A stretch of DNA of 64,000 nt from Vulcanimicrobiota bacterium (GTDB lineage: Bacteria > Vulcanimicrobiota > Vulcanimicrobiia > Vulcanimicrobiales > Vulcanimicrobiaceae). The notes under the pieces are model-generated. The model ran no database searches and was not told the origin of the DNA. It was given only the letters and a program-made list of their open reading frames with translations. The DNA is taken from contig OY970223.1 of NCBI GenBank assembly GCA_963714015.1, forward strand, positions 2,624,001 to 2,688,000, written 5' to 3'. Positions 61,053 to 64,000 of this stretch are shown here, piece after piece (the stretch's first letter is position 1; each line of letters begins with the position of its first letter). The position numbers and the translations under genes are program-made.

Positions 61053-61567
61053 ACCGCCTCCGTTAAAACTTCCGAGCCCCATACGGTCCATCCGGATCGC
61101 GGCTCTCTCGCAAACATTTCAAGTCGCGGTCCAGGCGACACGCGCTCGATCGCGGCGTACGCTTCCGCCGGCTTCGCGCTATGACGTCCGCGCGGCGCGT
61201 GAACCACTGACGGCACGTTGCGGACTTCGGGTACCATCGCATCGCCGCGCACGCCGAATAAGCACAGCTCGTGCTGCCCGCGCAGGTACTGGCCGAGACC
61301 GATCTTGTCTTTGCACCAGACGAGATTCGTGACGTAGCGGAAACCGAGCGCCGACATCACGGTAAGACCGTCAGGTAAAAAATTGTTCGTTGTCCACAAC
61401 CAGAGGTGCGCGCTCTCGTCGATCGTCCAGACGTCGGCGCGCTGCACCGTGTAAATGATCGAGGCGATGTCCATCGTCGGATAATGCCGGTCGGCGCCGC
61501 GCTTGATCTGGCCGCCTCCGTGCTCCTGCCAGGGCGGGTCCATCGCGACCGTTTTGAACGCCGTCAT
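61049..61567 (-). CDS. MT-A70 family adenine methyltransferase
   Basis: MDPPW, LWLWTTN, HSAKP and LEMFAR motifs. Confidence 0.92.
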   Translation of the reverse strand: MTAFKTVAMDPPWQEHGGGQIKRGADRHYPTMDIASIIYTVQRADVWTIDESAHLWLWTTNNFLPDGLTVMSALGFRYVTNLVWCKDKIGLGQYLRGQHELCLFGVRGDAMVPEVRNVPSVVHAPRGRHSAKPAEAYAAIERVSPGPRLEMFAREPRSGWTVWGSEVLTEAV

Positions 61568-61848
61568 AGCGTCTCGCCGTAGCCAGCCTTCCGGCTGAGT
61601 AGATCGACGACCGTCCGAAGCATGCGTACGTGGGCATCGCGCGCCCCAGTCTTGACGTCTGCATTGATCTCGCACAGGCTCTTCGGCTCTTTGAAGACCG
61701 GCGTGGCTTCGAGAAGAGCGAGCAGCGCGCGGTCCGCCGGCGTAAAGAACAGCGTTCCGCGCCTCTTGGCGAGCTCCCGACGGATCTGCACGGCGTTACT
61801 CATCGCATGCGATCTCGGTAATGCGCAGCGGTAAGGCATCCGGCTGGA

Positions 61849-61878
61849 CCTGGGCTTTCCGTGCCTGGGCTTTCCGTG
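61849..61878. repeat. Tandem 15-bp duplication CCTGGGCTTTCCGTG
   Basis: Two exact adjacent copies. Confidence 0.9.
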
Positions 61879-62070
61879 CTGGAGATCGCCGATGCTTGCC
61901 CTATCTTCTCTGTAGAGGACATGCCCGGACTCCACCGTTTAGGGTCCGCGTATGAGCACGCTACGCTGGAAAAAGCCGGTTCAATCGGGAGGAGCCGCGT
62001 TGATTCTGGCACTTGCACGCGCAATGCCTCAATACGTACGATGCCCGCGGAAACCGCATAGGAGGTTCTT

Positions 62071-62187
62071 ATGAACAAGTGGGAATGGCTTACGCGAAGG
62101 CTCGACCGCTTCGCTTGGCTGTTTTCGACCGGAGCCCAGTGGCGGCGACTCACGCGGCTTCCTCGCCGTCTTGCGCAACGGGTTTGA
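62071..62187 (+). CDS. 38-aa Trp/Arg-rich peptide, antisense to the early operon
   Basis: AGGAGG RBS; MNKWEWLTRRLDRFAWLFSTGAQWRRLTRLPRRLAQRV; candidate promoter TTGCAC-18-TACGAT. Confidence 0.6.
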   Translation: MNKWEWLTRRLDRFAWLFSTGAQWRRLTRLPRRLAQRV

Positions 62188-62230
62188 TGTCGTACAGCGC
62201 CGCAGAACAGGTCGGCTACGAGGAGACGCT

Positions 62231-62503
62231 TCACGCGAAGAGCCCGTCTTCGGGAAGGACCGTCTCGGCAATTAAGTCGGGATCTTGGCCTTTCATGGCT
62301 TGGTCGTAGGCAGACTTCTCGAAGCCCGGCGTTACAACGCGGCCGCCGCGGATCTTCGGACGAAACTCATGCGAGGGGTCCTCGACCGTGTGGCCACGGC
62401 CCTTATTCACCAGACACGCACCGCAGTTGAGATTGTGCTCGCTGTTCAAATGCCCGCACGTTTCGACATCGCAAATCGCGTCATGCGGATACTGCGGATT
62501 CAT
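62231..62503 (-). CDS. Small Cys/His hypothetical protein
   Basis: C...CGH...H..CGAC pattern; coupled ORF. Confidence 0.5.
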   Translation of the reverse strand: MNPQYPHDAICDVETCGHLNSEHNLNCGACLVNKGRGHTVEDPSHEFRPKIRGGRVVTPGFEKSAYDQAMKGQDPDLIAETVLPEDGLFA

Positions 62504-63180
62504 TCGAGCACCAACTCATGCTCGGCGTAGGTTTGCGCGGGCCACAGATCGCGACGGCCCTTCGCGTTGACGAACACCGCAACTTCAGGCTTCGCGTCCG
62601 CTATCGCTTCGTCAATCGCCGAACACGAATGGTCGGCTCCCTTCGGATAGTTTTCATGGCAGAGCGGGCAATGCCGGTCGCCGAATCTTGTATCGCCACC
62701 ACACGGGACGCAACGGAAGTATGCCTCGCTCATCGATTGCTCCGTGCTGATGCGCTCTTGGCGCACGAATACGTTACGAGATAGTGGCCGGGATGGTTGA
62801 CGTCGAATCCAATGCTGGCAAGCTCCGCCTTTTGCCCAACCGGGCACAAAGGAGTTTGCGCCGGCGGCTTTCGCTCGACGACATACGCGAGCGCTAGCAA
62901 CGCAATCCCAAGCACGACGGCGCCGATCCGAAGGTAGACGTTCACTTCGCACCTCGCAGGAGCATCGCGCGCGGGAGCGCCTCGTTAATAAATCCGCCGG
63001 AGTAAACTTGCTGGCGAATGCCGCGAAGCCGTTCACGTAAATCGGCGAGGCTGTGCTCCTTCTCGTCAACTTGCGACCGTAGATCCTGAACCTCGCCAGA
63101 AAGCACGGTCATGTGCTCGGCGATGACGTCGCACAGCAGTAGGAGCTCGGAGTGAACCAGCGTCGGTTCGTTCGGTTCGA

Positions 63181-63414
63181 TCATGCAGCTTCACCCGGAA
63201 CCTTTTCGGTCAGTTGAATCGTGCGCGGGCAGCCGTCCTCGAGTTGCACGTAGCCCAAGCGGCGCAGAATCTTCACAACGCGATGCGCGTCCGAGACCGA
63301 CTTGTAGCCGGCGGCGTCGGCGATCTGCCGATAGGTGGGCGGAATACGCCTCGACGCCAAATGCGCAGCGATGGCTTGATAGACCCGCAGATGTTGCGAG
63401 GAAAGCCCATTCAT
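63181..63414 (-). CDS. LexA-type winged-helix DNA-binding domain only
   Basis: PPTYRQIADAAGYKSVS...L.RLGY......PRTI; no peptidase domain. Confidence 0.85.
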   Translation of the reverse strand: MNGLSSQHLRVYQAIAAHLASRRIPPTYRQIADAAGYKSVSDAHRVVKILRRLGYVQLEDGCPRTIQLTEKVPGEAA

Positions 63415-63731
63415 GCGGCTGGCTCCTCAATCGGCGCGCGCATCACTTTATTGAGCGCTCGCACCGCGCGCCGGCGCACCGAAAGAGTAAACTTTAACTC
63501 GTCGCGCTCTTGTCGATCGTGACAGGAACGGCAACCGGGGCGGCCGTTTTCGATGGGACACGCGTAGCGCGCTTTCGGTCCGATAAGACTGCGCGAAATA
63601 ACGTGCATCGCGTCCGTAGCGCCCTTCTTGCCGCAGAAGTGGCAGCACGATCCATGCGCTTTGAATACGGCGCGATGGAACGCCGCCGCTTCCACATCGC
63701 GTTTGGGATTCGCTATGAGTGGACGACTCAT
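63411..63731 (-). CDS. HNH/NinG-like zinc-binding protein
   Basis: CHFCG...DAMHVISRS...N...CRSCH. Confidence 0.65.
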   Translation of the reverse strand: MSRPLIANPKRDVEAAAFHRAVFKAHGSCCHFCGKKGATDAMHVISRSLIGPKARYACPIENGRPGCRSCHDRQERDELKFTLSVRRRAVRALNKVMRAPIEEPAA

Positions 63732-64000
63732 GCGGTGCACCGGTGGGAATAGCCAGTCAGCTCGACCTTGAGTGAGCACATTTCCATCAGCCGGTCGATC
63801 AGTTTGCGGCCAACATGCTCTTCCACACCGCTCTTCGCCCACTGCATCCCCAACTTCGAGAGACTCAGGTTCGACGTGACGACCATGCCGAGGTTGCGCT
63901 CGTATCGGCCGTTGATCAGGGCGTACAGCAGCCGTCCCGTATCCGGCGTGAAGTTTTCCGTCCCGACGTCATCCAAGGCCAGCAGTCGCACCGAGATCAG
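63728..64000 (-). CDS. DnaC/IstB-like AAA+ helicase loader, 3' part
   Basis: LLALDDVG, INGRY, VTSNL and DRL.EM motifs. Confidence 0.88.
   Translation of the reverse strand: MISVRLLALDDVGTENFTPDTGRLLYALINGRYERNLGMVVTSNLSLSKLGMQWAKSGVEEHVGRKLIDRLMEMCSLKVELTGYSHRCTA

Larger units (their letters stand above)
3000..64000 (-). mobile_element. Integrated temperate prophage with contractile tail (right end outside window)
   Basis: Ordered terminase, portal, scaffold, capsid, sheath, tube, tape measure, baseplate, fibre and lysis genes plus an early region. The left boundary is approximate and no integrase is in the window. Confidence 0.95.

Noticed and set aside
3000..64000. tRNA genes
   Set aside because: No cloverleaf with a T-loop consensus was recognised by eye; tRNAscan would be needed to exclude them.

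Overview
About 3 kb of high-GC host chromosome (fabH-rpmF-yceD, two small Gly-rich genes and an NHL-repeat lipoprotein; the gene style suggests a Vulcanimicrobiota/Eremiobacterota-like host, which is inference) is followed by about 61 kb of an integrated contractile-tailed (myovirus-type) prophage, mostly on the minus strand and running off the right edge. Reading right to left: (1) an early/replication region with a DnaC-like loader, a LexA-type HTH, three DNA methyltransferase classes, MazG, RusA and an SLT; (2) an HNH gene and an accessory fibre module; (3) a divergent operon of five small genes; (4) TerS, TerL, portal, scaffold and MCP; (5) neck genes containing a CheY-like receiver; (6) sheath, tube, chaperone, tape measure and baseplate; (7) fibre and glycoside hydrolase genes; (8) lysis genes; (9) a terminal block of secreted glycanase/lipoprotein morons. 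The most unusual signals are four tail-module genes (including a canonical S74-chaperoned tail fibre) with Sec-type signal peptides and paired cysteines, paralogous glycanase domains in both the tail module and a lipoprotein moron, a shared N-terminal AALPFxVALFDD motif on scaffold and MCP resembling Prp processing sites, an intact receiver domain translationally coupled inside the neck genes, and an operator-repeat-controlled small-gene operon ending in a Zn-finger gene. About a dozen single-base frameshifts in essential genes look like assembly errors. All assignments are from motif recognition by eye; no searches were run.
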